In this document: one piece after another, positions 47,684 through 56,952 of the stretch | Numbering within the stretch: the first letter of the stretch is position 1 | How the letters are laid out: each line of letters starts with the position of its first letter | IMG/VR virus record: IMGVR_UViG_3300010355_000162 | Source of the DNA: an uncultured virus (IMG/VR IMGVR_UViG_3300010355_000162) | Taxonomy: Duplodnaviria > Heunggongvirae > Uroviricota > Caudoviricetes | DNA length: 64,000 nucleotides | Direction: 5' to 3' (one strand) | Made by a program: the position numbers and the translations under genes | Notes under the pieces: model-generated | Told to the model about the DNA's origin: nothing | Databases searched by the model: none | What the model saw: only the letters and a program-made list of their open reading frames with translations

Positions 47684-49065
47684 TACGCCACCCCGCCGCC
47701 GTTCGCGCCGTTACCGCCCGGTTGACCGCCGTCACCGTTGTCGCCGCCTGTGCCGGTACCTGGACCTTCACCAGCGCCGCCACCGTCGCCACCGGAGAAC
47801 CCGCCCGCGCCAGACGACGAGGTGCACTCGTTACCGACGTTGAACGGACGCGTAAGCGGTGAGAAGTTCGTCGCGACTGCGCACGTCGGATGTGACGCGT
47901 ACAAGGTCAATGTGCGGCATCCACTTCCGGTAGGACCGAGCTGCACCGTAGTCTCACCGAACCCGGTGCCGTCGACCGTGATCTCGTTGTCTGTCAGGAT
48001 GTCGTCAGGAGCGCCGAGTGCGGAGCCAAAGTACCCGTACCAGATCGTGACCTTCGTGTTCGCGGGGAACCATCGTGCCGTCACTTTCCACGCGTATACG
48101 TTCGGGCTCGTCGGGTCGGTCGGCGTAGCGATGACCGTGCCCATGCAGAACACAGGCTTGTTCGGGTTCTCGTACTCGGCCTGCACCGACATCGACGCAC
48201 GCATCTTGCTGCACTCGTTGACGAGTGTCAGTGTGTAGACCTCACACACGGGCTCCCAGGACGTTGCGCAGGGCTTCGGCAGCAGCGTGCCGGTGATACA
48301 CACCTTACCGGGGGATAGCTCCCAGCGTAAGCCCGGTGGAAGCGCAGGAAGCTCATCCACCGTAGCCGTCGTGCCGGTGTAGGTCTGGCAGTACGTGTTG
48401 GGTTCGCCCTCGACGAACGTCGGTGATCCGGTGATCTCGCCTAACGTGATCGGAACGCATGGCGGCTCCACCGCCTTCGTCGTGATCGAACCGCTAATGG
48501 TGAACGTGTTGCACGGGCTCACGACCTCAATGCTGTAGCTCAGCGGGTACGACACTTCATCCGCGCCCGGTGGAGTGCCGGTGATCGACAGCTGTGTCTC
48601 GTAGACCGCTACGCTCACGCCCGCAGGTAGCGTCGTCGCACCGATCACGGTGCCGGACTCAACCTCTTTCGAGAACTGCACGAATCCGTCGCTCGCGGAC
48701 AGGTCTTGCGTGATGTTCGCTTGCTTGACGCAAGGCTTCGTCACCGTGAAGTCGAACGGGATAATCGTGCAGTCCGAGCACTCGTTCGAGAGCACTACCA
48801 CGCCCGACGCTTTACCGGCCTCAGTCGGCTTACCGCTGAAGACGATGTCGCTACCGTTGATGGTGATGGTCAGCCACTCAGGCTTCAGCTCGACGCGCTC
48901 GATAACGGGCGACGTACCTTCGACCGCAGTGGTCCACGAACTATCCACACCGACGACGAACGTGTCAGGTGCAAACGTCGCTGCGTCCGCATTGATCGGC
49001 GTGCAGGCGCAGGGGTCCTCTTGAGCCCAACCAACGAACGGCACGGTAGGGTTTGTGATGTTCAT
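47683..49065 (-). CDS. Cys-rich multi-Ig tail protein
   Basis: KPEWL...SGKPT, LPAGV...ITGTP, LPPGL...ITGT; Gly-rich C-terminus. Confidence 0.75.
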   Translation of the reverse strand: MNITNPTVPFVGWAQEDPCACTPINADAATFAPDTFVVGVDSSWTTAVEGTSPVIERVELKPEWLTITINGSDIVFSGKPTEAGKASGVVVLSNECSDCTIIPFDFTVTKPCVKQANITQDLSASDGFVQFSKEVESGTVIGATTLPAGVSVAVYETQLSITGTPPGADEVSYPLSYSIEVVSPCNTFTISGSITTKAVEPPCVPITLGEITGSPTFVEGEPNTYCQTYTGTTATVDELPALPPGLRWELSPGKVCITGTLLPKPCATSWEPVCEVYTLTLVNECSKMRASMSVQAEYENPNKPVFCMGTVIATPTDPTSPNVYAWKVTARWFPANTKVTIWYGYFGSALGAPDDILTDNEITVDGTGFGETTVQLGPTGSGCRTLTLYASHPTCAVATNFSPLTRPFNVGNECTSSSGAGGFSGGDGGGAGEGPGTGTGGDNGDGGQPGGNGANGGGVA

Positions 49066-49808
49066 ACCAGTTTCCCTGCTGCGGAACATGCGGTGCGGTC
49101 GTACATCGACTCGTCACCGATGGTGAAGTTGTTGAGTGTGCGGTTCTTCATGCGTCGCTTCGCCCACTCCCATTCCTGTTTGACGGCGCTGTACCGCGTA
49201 CGGTCGAACGTCCCGCCATTGAGCAGGAGCTTGGAGCCGGCGCCGATGCCGATCTCCTCTTTCCATTGCTCGAAGAACGACATAGGTACCACGCACGAGA
49301 AGCGCGATGGGATCACCGACAGCTCAACCTCGATTGCGTCGTACTGGTCTGCATTCGGTGCAGGCATCAGGATAATCGTCGTACCGCCATCTGCGACATA
49401 GAACTTACCGTCGCCACACGCGACCAGCTCCTCGCTGCCGCAGGCCGTGTTCAACGCGAACCCGCGCATACACGCAGGGCGCTTCAGACACGGGGACTGC
49501 TGCACCGGCTCAGTACAAACCTCGACGGGCGTACAGGGCCGCTCACGCGTGCCGGTGTACTTGACGCCGTTGACGCAGACGCTCTCGACATACGCGAGTG
49601 TGTAGCCTTCTGGCGTCGGTATGTCGTACGTAGACACCCCGGCCTGCGCATCGACGGTCAGTACGGCCCGCACTTGGCGCGTGACCCGTGCTGCTTCGAT
49701 CGTCGCGTTCAGGATCGCGGCTTCGGCAGCAAGCGTACTGGCCGCAGGGACCAGCATTAACGCTGTGTCAAAGAACGCGGACAGGGGGACGGTTTCGTCG
49801 AGTTTCAC
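49062..49808 (-). CDS. Adaptor / tail tubular A-like protein
   Basis: 248 aa; G...Y.IP, L.P.P, W.E.I..GA..L. Confidence 0.65.
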   Translation of the reverse strand: MKLDETVPLSAFFDTALMLVPAASTLAAEAAILNATIEAARVTRQVRAVLTVDAQAGVSTYDIPTPEGYTLAYVESVCVNGVKYTGTRERPCTPVEVCTEPVQQSPCLKRPACMRGFALNTACGSEELVACGDGKFYVADGGTTIILMPAPNADQYDAIEVELSVIPSRFSCVVPMSFFEQWKEEIGIGAGSKLLLNGGTFDRTRYSAVKQEWEWAKRRMKNRTLNNFTIGDESMYDRTACSAAGKLV

Positions 49809-49809
49809 G

Positions 49810-50580
49810 TTAGCCTCGGATTACGTTAGGGTCAGTTTTCTCGCCGCCCATCTGCCCGAGGTAGTACCCGCTCGCGAAGCGCGAGTCCTGACGGTACTTG
49901 ATCCCGAGCATGTTGAAGAACGTGTTGCGGTGCTCGATGGAAGCACGCAGTGCGGCCTCACTCTCGTACTGGATGCCGAGCATCAAGTACAACGTGAACT
50001 CGGTCAGCGCGGCGATATAGCGGCACGGCAGCTCGACATCGGGTTCATCCGGGGAGTAGCACGGTGCGCAGGTCTGCACGGTGATGCGGACCTTCGGAGC
50101 TAGTCCGTCAGGTACTGCGGGCGTAACGCTCATCTCGCCGGGGTTACGCGGGTCGAAGTTGAACCCGCCGAGCAGCCACTTACCGCAGGTGTTCGTCGCA
50201 TCAGGCGTCGTGCCGGAGCCGCTGTCTGCGGTGGCCGGGGTGCACTTGCGGTTCGCATAGAACTGGAACGCTCGAATCTCGTTCGCATCTACAGCAGACA
50301 CGGTGGCCGCAGCCGTCGTCGTGCCGTCAGCGTTCTTGCAGATGTTCTCTGCGGTGCCGACAATTGCGATCACACCAGACGGTAGCTTTTGCCGCGTACC
50401 GGGGACCAGCGCGATCTCCTGTGACTCAGTGAAAATGTCGGGGCGATAGCTCGATATGGCGTCGACCCCGATGGTCGCTGCGCGGTAGATGTCGTCCGGT
50501 TCCCAAGTGATCCCCGGACGGTCCGCTAGCAGCATCGCTACGGAAGTGGCGAAGTCCCCGATGGATTTGCAGTTTGCCAT
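49810..50580 (-). CDS. Head-tail adaptor-like protein
   Basis: LL.D.....W...D, RPD, LVPGTRQ.LP, Y.AAL..F.LY, H...F...LG. Confidence 0.7.
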   Translation of the reverse strand: MANCKSIGDFATSVAMLLADRPGITWEPDDIYRAATIGVDAISSYRPDIFTESQEIALVPGTRQKLPSGVIAIVGTAENICKNADGTTTAAATVSAVDANEIRAFQFYANRKCTPATADSGSGTTPDATNTCGKWLLGGFNFDPRNPGEMSVTPAVPDGLAPKVRITVQTCAPCYSPDEPDVELPCRYIAALTEFTLYLMLGIQYESEAALRASIEHRNTFFNMLGIKYRQDSRFASGYYLGQMGGEKTDPNVIRG

Positions 50581-50987
50581 GTTTTCGCATTCTCGTAGTA
50601 GGTGAGCACGTCCTCGGGTTCGAGGGCGGTGTCTTGGTTAATCACCCGGCTAGCAATCTCGTGATGGCATTGGAGTACATGCAGCGCGAAGGCCCGGATC
50701 GACTTACCTTTGTCAAGTTTCCGGTATTCTGCCCAAAGTGCGGCCAATAAAGCAAGTTTCGCCGCGATCTGCATCTCGTCCACTTGGACGGACGCCGCAG
50801 CATACAGGCTCTCTTTACGCTGGAAACACACCCGGTTGATCTCGGTTTGGAGTTCGTCCGGCGTCAGTCGCTTGTCGAACCGGCGCACCCGCAGGTGCGT
50901 TGCATCCTCGGGTAGCGAGGGCTCGATGTTCGTACCCGCGTAGATCGCGTTACGGTCGTCGACGTTGATGATGTAGCAGTGACTCAT
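50538..50987 (-). CDS. Hypothetical protein
   Basis: 149 aa, coupled. Confidence 0.7.
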   Translation of the reverse strand: MSHCYIINVDDRNAIYAGTNIEPSLPEDATHLRVRRFDKRLTPDELQTEINRVCFQRKESLYAAASVQVDEMQIAAKLALLAALWAEYRKLDKGKSIRAFALHVLQCHHEIASRVINQDTALEPEDVLTYYENAKTWQTANPSGTSPLP

Positions 50988-51469
50988 TAGAACACCCCGG
51001 AGCGTGATGCTGCGAGTATGCTGCCGTTCGATCGCGAACTGGCTACAGCGTTGTTGATACGGTCGACAGCGTTCTCCATGTCCTCAGTCGTACCACCCGC
51101 GCCCATGATCTCACGGACAGCCTTCTCGACGGCATCGTCGTCTTGGCTTGATGGAACTGCGATGGCACCGGCTTGACGGAAGGAGAGCTTGCCTTCGAGG
51201 ATCATGATGACCTTCTTGAAGTGCATCGCCCGGTTGGCCTGTTCGTCGGTCACACGCTCGTCAGTGTAATACTCGACTACGTCGGCAAGGCCCATGCCGT
51301 GTGGTTTGATGAACGACCCTTGCTTGCCGCTCTTCTGCAACGGTGTGAAGGTGCCGTACTCGAAGCCCTTCTCTACCGCTACGTTAACGAGGTACGCGTG
51401 CTTGTAGTCGCGCGGGAGCTTATTGGGTGCCGTAGCTTTGCGGACGGCAGCGGTTACGTTGGCAGACAT
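50987..51469 (-). CDS. Hypothetical protein
   Basis: 160 aa. Confidence 0.75.
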   Translation of the reverse strand: MSANVTAAVRKATAPNKLPRDYKHAYLVNVAVEKGFEYGTFTPLQKSGKQGSFIKPHGMGLADVVEYYTDERVTDEQANRAMHFKKVIMILEGKLSFRQAGAIAVPSSQDDDAVEKAVREIMGAGGTTEDMENAVDRINNAVASSRSNGSILAASRSGVF

Positions 51470-51478
51470 ATTTAGAAT

Positions 51479-51513
51479 AAAAAAATGCCGGGAGGATTAC
51501 CCGTCCCGGCATT
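51479..51513 (-). terminator. Rho-independent terminator after capsid operon
   Basis: AATGCCGGGA...TCCCGGCATT then T run on minus strand. Confidence 0.85.
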
Positions 51514-51541
51514 CTACGCGCTAACGCTGATTGGTCAAGGT

Positions 51542-52225
51542 TTAGACCGAGCGCAAGCCACCCAAACCGACGACTGGTGCCGTCACTTCAAGGTTGATAC
51601 AAGCCAGCTTGTTCACGCCGCAGCCGAACTTACGGGCCGAGCACGAGGTGCAGCCGCCAGTCGTCGGGTCCGTCGCAGTCGGCAAAGCGTCGATCACGAG
51701 GACCACGGCTTTGTGTTTCTGACACGGTTGTGGACCGGACTCACCGGCTTCAGCAGGGCGGGTGCCTTGCGTCGAACCGTAGTAGAGCGCGTTCGCGTTG
51801 AGTTGTACGACGTTGTGCCACACTTGGCTCACAACTTCGCCGTCCTCGTTAGGGAACACGACCTCTGGTGTGTCGACATCGTTCTTGAGGTTAAGCACGT
51901 CGTGCAGTTCCAAGTGGTACTTGAAACCTTTACAGCCGTGTTTGTTCTCTACACCGACGCGGTCGAGCAAGTAACCGGCATGCACCGGAAACAGGATCAG
52001 CTTGTCGCCAGCAGCCACTTTGTCAGCGTCCGCCCAGCAAGTGAGCTGTCGCTCTTTGCCGAAGTTCAGCGCACGGAAGTAGCGCTCGTCGCGCTCGAAG
52101 CCGTGTGCAACGTCAGGGCCGTTGTTGTGGCAGCAGTCCGGCAATGCGTCACCGATGCAGCTACCCTCACCGAGCGAAGCCTTACCGATAGCGCCACCGC
52201 CGATGGACAGATTGTAAAATTTCAT
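51542..52225 (-). CDS. Cys-rich capsid decoration/cement protein
   Basis: Follows major capsid gene before terminator; 10 Cys in 227 aa. Confidence 0.6.
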   Translation of the reverse strand: MKFYNLSIGGGAIGKASLGEGSCIGDALPDCCHNNGPDVAHGFERDERYFRALNFGKERQLTCWADADKVAAGDKLILFPVHAGYLLDRVGVENKHGCKGFKYHLELHDVLNLKNDVDTPEVVFPNEDGEVVSQVWHNVVQLNANALYYGSTQGTRPAEAGESGPQPCQKHKAVVLVIDALPTATDPTTGGCTSCSARKFGCGVNKLACINLEVTAPVVGLGGLRSV

Positions 52226-52258
52226 GTTGAAACCTCTGTTGTTTGGTGGATGGGTTGA

Positions 52259-53269
52259 TTACGCGCGGTACACGTAACCTACGGCGATCGCTTCCTTGTG
52301 GGTCACTGCCCAGCCGTCGCGAATCATCGTGGTCGAGAACAGGTCGAAACCTGCACCGTTGCGTACATCACGCTCGCTCAACACGATGCCGGTTGCGGCG
52401 TCGAAGTATTTGCGCTTGATCCACACGACGCGGTAAACCGGGCGTGCTTGACCTGCAATGTCGACCGTGTCGACGGCAGCTTGACAGCTACCGGCGTAAA
52501 CCTGGAACCCGCAGCGCAAGCTGATGGATTCGCAGTATTTCGAGTCGGTGATGGATGACGACTTGCCGTTCCGTTCCGCATTCACCAGCAAGGTGCTGTT
52601 GAGGATCAGATACTTCAAGAACGTCGGCACGATCGCCGCTACGTCAGCCGCGCCGAGCAACATCTCGTCGAACACTTGCGGACCTTGAAGCAGGTACTCT
52701 AGTGCATACATCGAACCGGAAGGACCACCGACTTCGAGTGACGTGAGGCCGACAGGCAACGTAGGCGTACCGAGTCGAAGACCCGATTCACCGGCTCGGT
52801 TACCTTGCGTACACTGGGATGCCAGCGCTGGTACGCCGCAAGCCATACGCGCATCGGCATCTTCTGCCAACGCTACCTCGAACTCGCCGTTGATGGCGTT
52901 CTTGTGCATGGATGCGTCGCAGTCCACCTTGTCGTCGAGCTTGTTCGACTTCGTACGAGCGTAGTGGAAACCACCCAGCTTGTACTGGCGCTTGCAGTAC
53001 GTAGCAACGTCAGCTTCGAGCTTACCGTTGATCGCATAACCGCGCACGTTTGGACGACCGTACGACAGGAACTCGCGTGGACGACCGCACGAGGATGGGT
53101 CCGGCAACAAGCGCTGTGCAGCGTTCGCCAACGGAATCTTCGTGTAGATTTGGTCGCAGTAGATATTTTCGATAATCCCTGCGTACTCTGGATACGTGTT
53201 GCAGGTCTGATCGGGGTAGCCAGAAGCTACCTGATTCGTACCGCCACCGTAAAATTGTGAGCCACTCAT
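52259..53269 (-). CDS. Major capsid protein (putative)
   Basis: 336 aa after scaffold, SD GAGG, HK97-like C-terminal G..V....A pattern; 10 Cys. Confidence 0.75.
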   Translation of the reverse strand: MSGSQFYGGGTNQVASGYPDQTCNTYPEYAGIIENIYCDQIYTKIPLANAAQRLLPDPSSCGRPREFLSYGRPNVRGYAINGKLEADVATYCKRQYKLGGFHYARTKSNKLDDKVDCDASMHKNAINGEFEVALAEDADARMACGVPALASQCTQGNRAGESGLRLGTPTLPVGLTSLEVGGPSGSMYALEYLLQGPQVFDEMLLGAADVAAIVPTFLKYLILNSTLLVNAERNGKSSSITDSKYCESISLRCGFQVYAGSCQAAVDTVDIAGQARPVYRVVWIKRKYFDAATGIVLSERDVRNGAGFDLFSTTMIRDGWAVTHKEAIAVGYVYRA

Positions 53270-53299
53270 TTGTGATACCTCGTTGTGGGATGATTCCCG

Positions 53300-54262
53300 T
53301 TATGGAACTAGCGTCCCCGCTTGAGCGTGCTTGTTTTGGATGTCCCGTAGAGCTTGAATCTTCGCCTTATCAGGGTTCGGACTGCTGATCTCTGCGTCGA
53401 TCCGCGACTTGATTTGCGCAGCGGAGACTTTTTTGACACCCTCTGTGACAGCGCTTGGTGCACCCGCCGCTTGAGCAGGAGTAGCCATATGTGCGAAACC
53501 AGTTACCGGCTGATTCTTTTTGTTGTCCGCCAAGAATCGGTCAGCGTATCGACTCAACACCGCTGCGGCCTTCTGTGGGTCATTCTCAACCCAGTAGTTG
53601 TACGCGTTGACGCGGGGCATACCGGAGTCATCTTCGGCGTTCAGGAAGTCATCCCATCCGTCGAGTGCCTTCGCTGCCTGCACCTTGGTGTCGGCGTTCG
53701 TGAAGTTCCCTACTACGCCTTGGCGCAGTGCCGCAGTGGATCGCAAGGTCAAGTCACGCGTATCCGTCAAGTCCTTGCGGACCGGGGTCAACGCTTCATC
53801 GAGCATCTTCCGGGCCATCGCGAGGACGCGGGCTTCGGTGTTCTGCGCGACGCGAGCGTTCAACTGCAACGACTCTTTCCATGCGGCCTGATCTTCGGCA
53901 CTGATACCGCTCAGGTAATCCGGCAATTCAGCTTCAGGAGCTGCTGCGGGCTTCGGAGCTTGTCCGAGGTTCAGTTCTGCAAGGCGCTTGTTAACGCCAG
54001 CTTCGACTAACTCTTGGACCTTGCGGTCACGTGCGGCAGCTTCTTCTGCTTGCTTACGGATCGCACCGGCTTGGCGCTTCGATACTGCTGCGGGTTCTTC
54101 ACTTGGTTCTGTTTTCGCGGCAGGTGCTTGTGTACCTGCCTGAGCTGGTTGTCCACCAGCTCCATTTAGCAACTCTTGTTCAAGCGTCGCTTGCAGCTCT
54201 GCATCGGTTTCCGGTGCAGCGCCTGCGTTGCCTGAAGGGGGTTGATTTGCGTTCTGATTCAT
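53300..54262 (-). CDS. Capsid scaffolding protein (putative)
   Basis: Ala/Glu/Pro-rich, coiled coil, W..FL...D..G; no Cys. Confidence 0.7.
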   Translation of the reverse strand: MNQNANQPPSGNAGAAPETDAELQATLEQELLNGAGGQPAQAGTQAPAAKTEPSEEPAAVSKRQAGAIRKQAEEAAARDRKVQELVEAGVNKRLAELNLGQAPKPAAAPEAELPDYLSGISAEDQAAWKESLQLNARVAQNTEARVLAMARKMLDEALTPVRKDLTDTRDLTLRSTAALRQGVVGNFTNADTKVQAAKALDGWDDFLNAEDDSGMPRVNAYNYWVENDPQKAAAVLSRYADRFLADNKKNQPVTGFAHMATPAQAAGAPSAVTEGVKKVSAAQIKSRIDAEISSPNPDKAKIQALRDIQNKHAQAGTLVP

Positions 54263-54558
54263 ACTAAGCCTTTTTGCTGTGACGATGCGGCAGAAGTTGC
54301 CGGACGATTGACAAGCGTCTGACGAAGGACTTCGACAGCTTGAAGCGCACCAAGTGCTGCGGCCTGCGAGCGTACAAGTTGTTCTGTAGATAGCCCGAGG
54401 GTACCTTTAGCAACTTGGAGCAAAGAGGCTTCACACGTGACGGCGTAGGCACGAAACCATTCGTCGATCAGCTTACTCGGAAACTCCGGCGCGGACACGA
54501 GTTCCCGCATGTCTTTCGACACGGTGGCGAAGTCTCGTGGTGCGTTCAGGGCTTCCAT
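54259..54558 (-). CDS. Small head-assembly region protein (probably leaderless)
   Basis: 99 aa, coupled to scaffold. Confidence 0.7.
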   Translation of the reverse strand: MEALNAPRDFATVSKDMRELVSAPEFPSKLIDEWFRAYAVTCEASLLQVAKGTLGLSTEQLVRSQAAALGALQAVEVLRQTLVNRPATSAASSQQKGLV

Positions 54559-54565
54559 CGGGGGG

Positions 54566-54595
54566 ACTATAAAAACTACGGGGGCTATCTGTCAA
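54566..54595 (-). promoter_or_regulatory. Late-class promoter for head operon (18-nt spacer)
   Basis: TTGACA-GATAG(N13)-TATAGT. Confidence 0.75.
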
Positions 54596-54597
54596 AT

Positions 54598-54627
54598 AAA
54601 AAACGCCCCGAAGGGCGTTTCTTTTTT
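54598..54627. terminator. Rho-independent terminator (bidirectional-looking)
   Basis: A run, AAACGCCC-CGAA-GGGCGTTT, T run. Confidence 0.85.
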
Positions 54628-54641
54628 GTAGTGGTAGGCGG

Positions 54642-54806
54642 TTAACAGCGCTTTTTATCGTCGTCGCGATCGCCTTTTTTCTTTTTCGCTGCGCGGGATG
54701 CGTTAGCGGTGGACTTGAATTCGCCGTTCGCTTGCGCGGTCGGTTTACCGAAGCTCTTATCCAACGCGCAACCGCACGACTTGCTCTTGCCTTTACTTGA
54801 TTTCAT
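54642..54806 (-). CDS. Small basic protein with CxC
   Basis: 54 aa MKSSKGKSKSCGC...KKRC. Confidence 0.6.
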   Translation of the reverse strand: MKSSKGKSKSCGCALDKSFGKPTAQANGEFKSTANASRAAKKKKGDRDDDKKRC

Positions 54807-55089
54807 CTTTTGGTTCCTCATCTGGTAGATCACACCACCCGCTTCGCTCGCCGATGGTCATGGCTGCGACGACGACAATCAACGCTGCTCCGGTGACGAC
54901 ACGCCAGACCTCGCCTGTGGACAAGAGTCCAAGGCCAAACCCAAGCATAATGCCTCGGGCGGACATGCAGTATTTGCAATGCGATCCAATGGTCGCGTCG
55001 AGCACGCGAACGAGCACGTCACCTTTCTCAGTAACGCGCGAAAGCCAGTGGGTGTAGAGCCAACAGAAGATTGCACGATAGAGTTTCAT
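54793..55089 (-). CDS. Small membrane protein with DsbB-like CxxC-x3-R motif
   Basis: 98 aa; C38-K-Y-C41-M-S-A-R45, two hydrophobic segments, also C9 and C86. Confidence 0.55.
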   Translation of the reverse strand: MKLYRAIFCWLYTHWLSRVTEKGDVLVRVLDATIGSHCKYCMSARGIMLGFGLGLLSTGEVWRVVTGAALIVVVAAMTIGERSGWCDLPDEEPKDEIK

Positions 55090-55144
55090 CGGTTGTAGCT
55101 GACGTATTTGTCGAGGGGTAGATTGTATCCGACAGGGAGTCCGG

Positions 55145-55471
55145 TCAGCCAAAAAGTTTCGGGGCGACTGCTATCGCCACTACGGCTAAGATCGCAGCGA
55201 GGACTAAACCTGCTGCGACGGCCCGAATGACCCACTTTTTTATGCTGGTGGCGACCTCCGCGACGCCATCCAAACCTTTCAGTTTCTGGTCATGGGCGTC
55301 GGCCCGCTTCTCCAGCGCCGTCATACGCCGGTCTGCCGTCACATAGTTCTGCTCGCTATGCAGCTTGTTCAGCGCAAGGTCACTCCTGAGCTGGTGAACT
55401 TCACCCGTCAGGTTCTGCATGTTTTGGTTTAGGTCACCAAGCAGGCGTAGTAGCAGTTCTTCAGCGTTCAT
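55145..55471 (-). CDS. Coiled-coil protein with C-terminal TM anchor
   Basis: 108 aa. Confidence 0.7.
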   Translation of the reverse strand: MNAEELLLRLLGDLNQNMQNLTGEVHQLRSDLALNKLHSEQNYVTADRRMTALEKRADAHDQKLKGLDGVAEVATSIKKWVIRAVAAGLVLAAILAVVAIAVAPKLFG

Positions 55472-55473
55472 GG

Positions 55474-55974
55474 CTACCCCGTCCGGTACCAGATCGCACC
55501 AACCAGTACGAACGCGTTCCTCACTCCGAGTCCGGCTGCGCTGTGCGCGGGCAGCGTAGTGTTCGCCCCGACGGTGCCGACGATCGCCTGTATCGTAGTA
55601 CCCGCGGCGGGCGTTAGCGTAATTGACCCAGTCGACCCCGCGGCCCTGCTAAGGCTGATAAGGTGGTTGGCATCAAACACTCCTGCAAACGTGAGCGTGA
55701 TATTGGTCGCGCCGTTCTGCACCACGATGAACGAGTCCGCTCCGGTTATGGTCCCCGTTGCGGTGACGACGCGGGCCGTACGAGTCGCGGGTACACGCAG
55801 CCCAGCGGCGGTGGCGGTTACTTTGTTTTGTTGCCCTGCGGCACTGGCGATCCGCACGCTACCTGTGAGCGTGTGGTTCGCTACCCCCGAAGTCGTGAAG
55901 TCGACCGTCGCCGAGTCGACCGCGATAAGTGTTGTGCCGGGGTCCCCCAGCTTGTGTTTGCCTCTGTGGGCCAT
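55474..55974 (-). CDS. Fibre-like structural protein
   Basis: 166 aa; DSATVDFTTSG..NHTL module shared with the 1183-aa protein. Confidence 0.7.
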   Translation of the reverse strand: MAHRGKHKLGDPGTTLIAVDSATVDFTTSGVANHTLTGSVRIASAAGQQNKVTATAAGLRVPATRTARVVTATGTITGADSFIVVQNGATNITLTFAGVFDANHLISLSRAAGSTGSITLTPAAGTTIQAIVGTVGANTTLPAHSAAGLGVRNAFVLVGAIWYRTG

Positions 55975-55993
55975 GATCGTTCCCTCTGTAAAT

Positions 55994-56099
55994 CCCATCA
56001 CGCAGGGCGACACTCAGATCAATACCGCCCCGCAGGGCAGTGCTCGGATCAATACCGCCCCGCAGGGCAATGCTCGGATCAGTGCCGCCCCGTGATGGG
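55994..56099. repeat. Intergenic 30-bp tandem repeats inside an inverted repeat
   Basis: GATCAATACCGCCCCGCAGGGCA(G/A)TGCTCG x2 plus partial units; CCCATCACG...CGTGATGGG ends. Confidence 0.9.
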
Positions 56100-56112
56100 G
56101 CTCGCGTGTTTA

Positions 56113-56952
56113 TTATCCCGGTAGGCGCGTCTCGAACCAGCAGTTTGCTTGGTCCGGGTTGAACCCTGTATCTATCTCAAGACTGGTGTATCCGTTTGCT
56201 GCGGTCGCCGCCGCATTCTGTACGAACGGGTGCACCGCATGCGCGCATACTATCGTCCCGCTGGTGGGGCCTGTCAGCCGTGCGCGCTCGTCGTTCGGGT
56301 CTTGGATCGAGTACCGAAACTTGAAGTAGTTCGGGCGGTACATGCTTGCGTATCCGAACCCTCTCGGGTCTGCGGAGAGCCCGGAGGCGCGTATGAACGA
56401 GGGTACAAACAAGTTCGTTGTGTTGCCTGCACCTCCACCCGCCGTGGTCATGTAGCTAACCGCGGTCCGCACAAAATACAGCCCGAGGGTGTCGATGAAA
56501 AACCGCTGCCCGACCTTAGTGACCGACCATTCAGACACACGCGGTCCTAGGTTCGCCGGGTCACCCCCGCGGAACCGGGACACAGGCAGTACAGGGGCCA
56601 CGGGTGACCCGCCGGTAGGCGATGCAAGTCCAGCGTCGCTGGGGATACCGTGCGTAGGGTGACGGTATCCGTTCGCTCCGCCGCCGTGGGCTTTGCGGCG
56701 CTCTTTGCGAAACCACAGTAGCTCAAGACGGAGGTCGAAGGCCAACGCCGCTTCGGGGACTTCAAGCGCGGTGAACACGGGGCACTTCGCCAGTGCCATC
56801 TTGGTACCGTCATGTAGCCGGGTGAAATCTACACCTGCGGGGTTGTGCAGTTGTAGCGGGCCGCTGTTCAGCAGTCCGCCGAGCGTGATATGAGGGACAG
56901 GCAGTACGATACCTGCCGCCGACTGGATTAAGGATGCGCCAGTGCCGCTCAT
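56113..56952 (-). CDS. Hypothetical protein (structural cluster)
   Basis: 279 aa from ATGA overlap. Confidence 0.75.
   Translation of the reverse strand: MSGTGASLIQSAAGIVLPVPHITLGGLLNSGPLQLHNPAGVDFTRLHDGTKMALAKCPVFTALEVPEAALAFDLRLELLWFRKERRKAHGGGANGYRHPTHGIPSDAGLASPTGGSPVAPVLPVSRFRGGDPANLGPRVSEWSVTKVGQRFFIDTLGLYFVRTAVSYMTTAGGGAGNTTNLFVPSFIRASGLSADPRGFGYASMYRPNYFKFRYSIQDPNDERARLTGPTSGTIVCAHAVHPFVQNAAATAANGYTSLEIDTGFNPDQANCWFETRLPG

Noticed and set aside
55994..56099. CRISPR array
   Set aside because: Repeats are contiguous with no unique spacers
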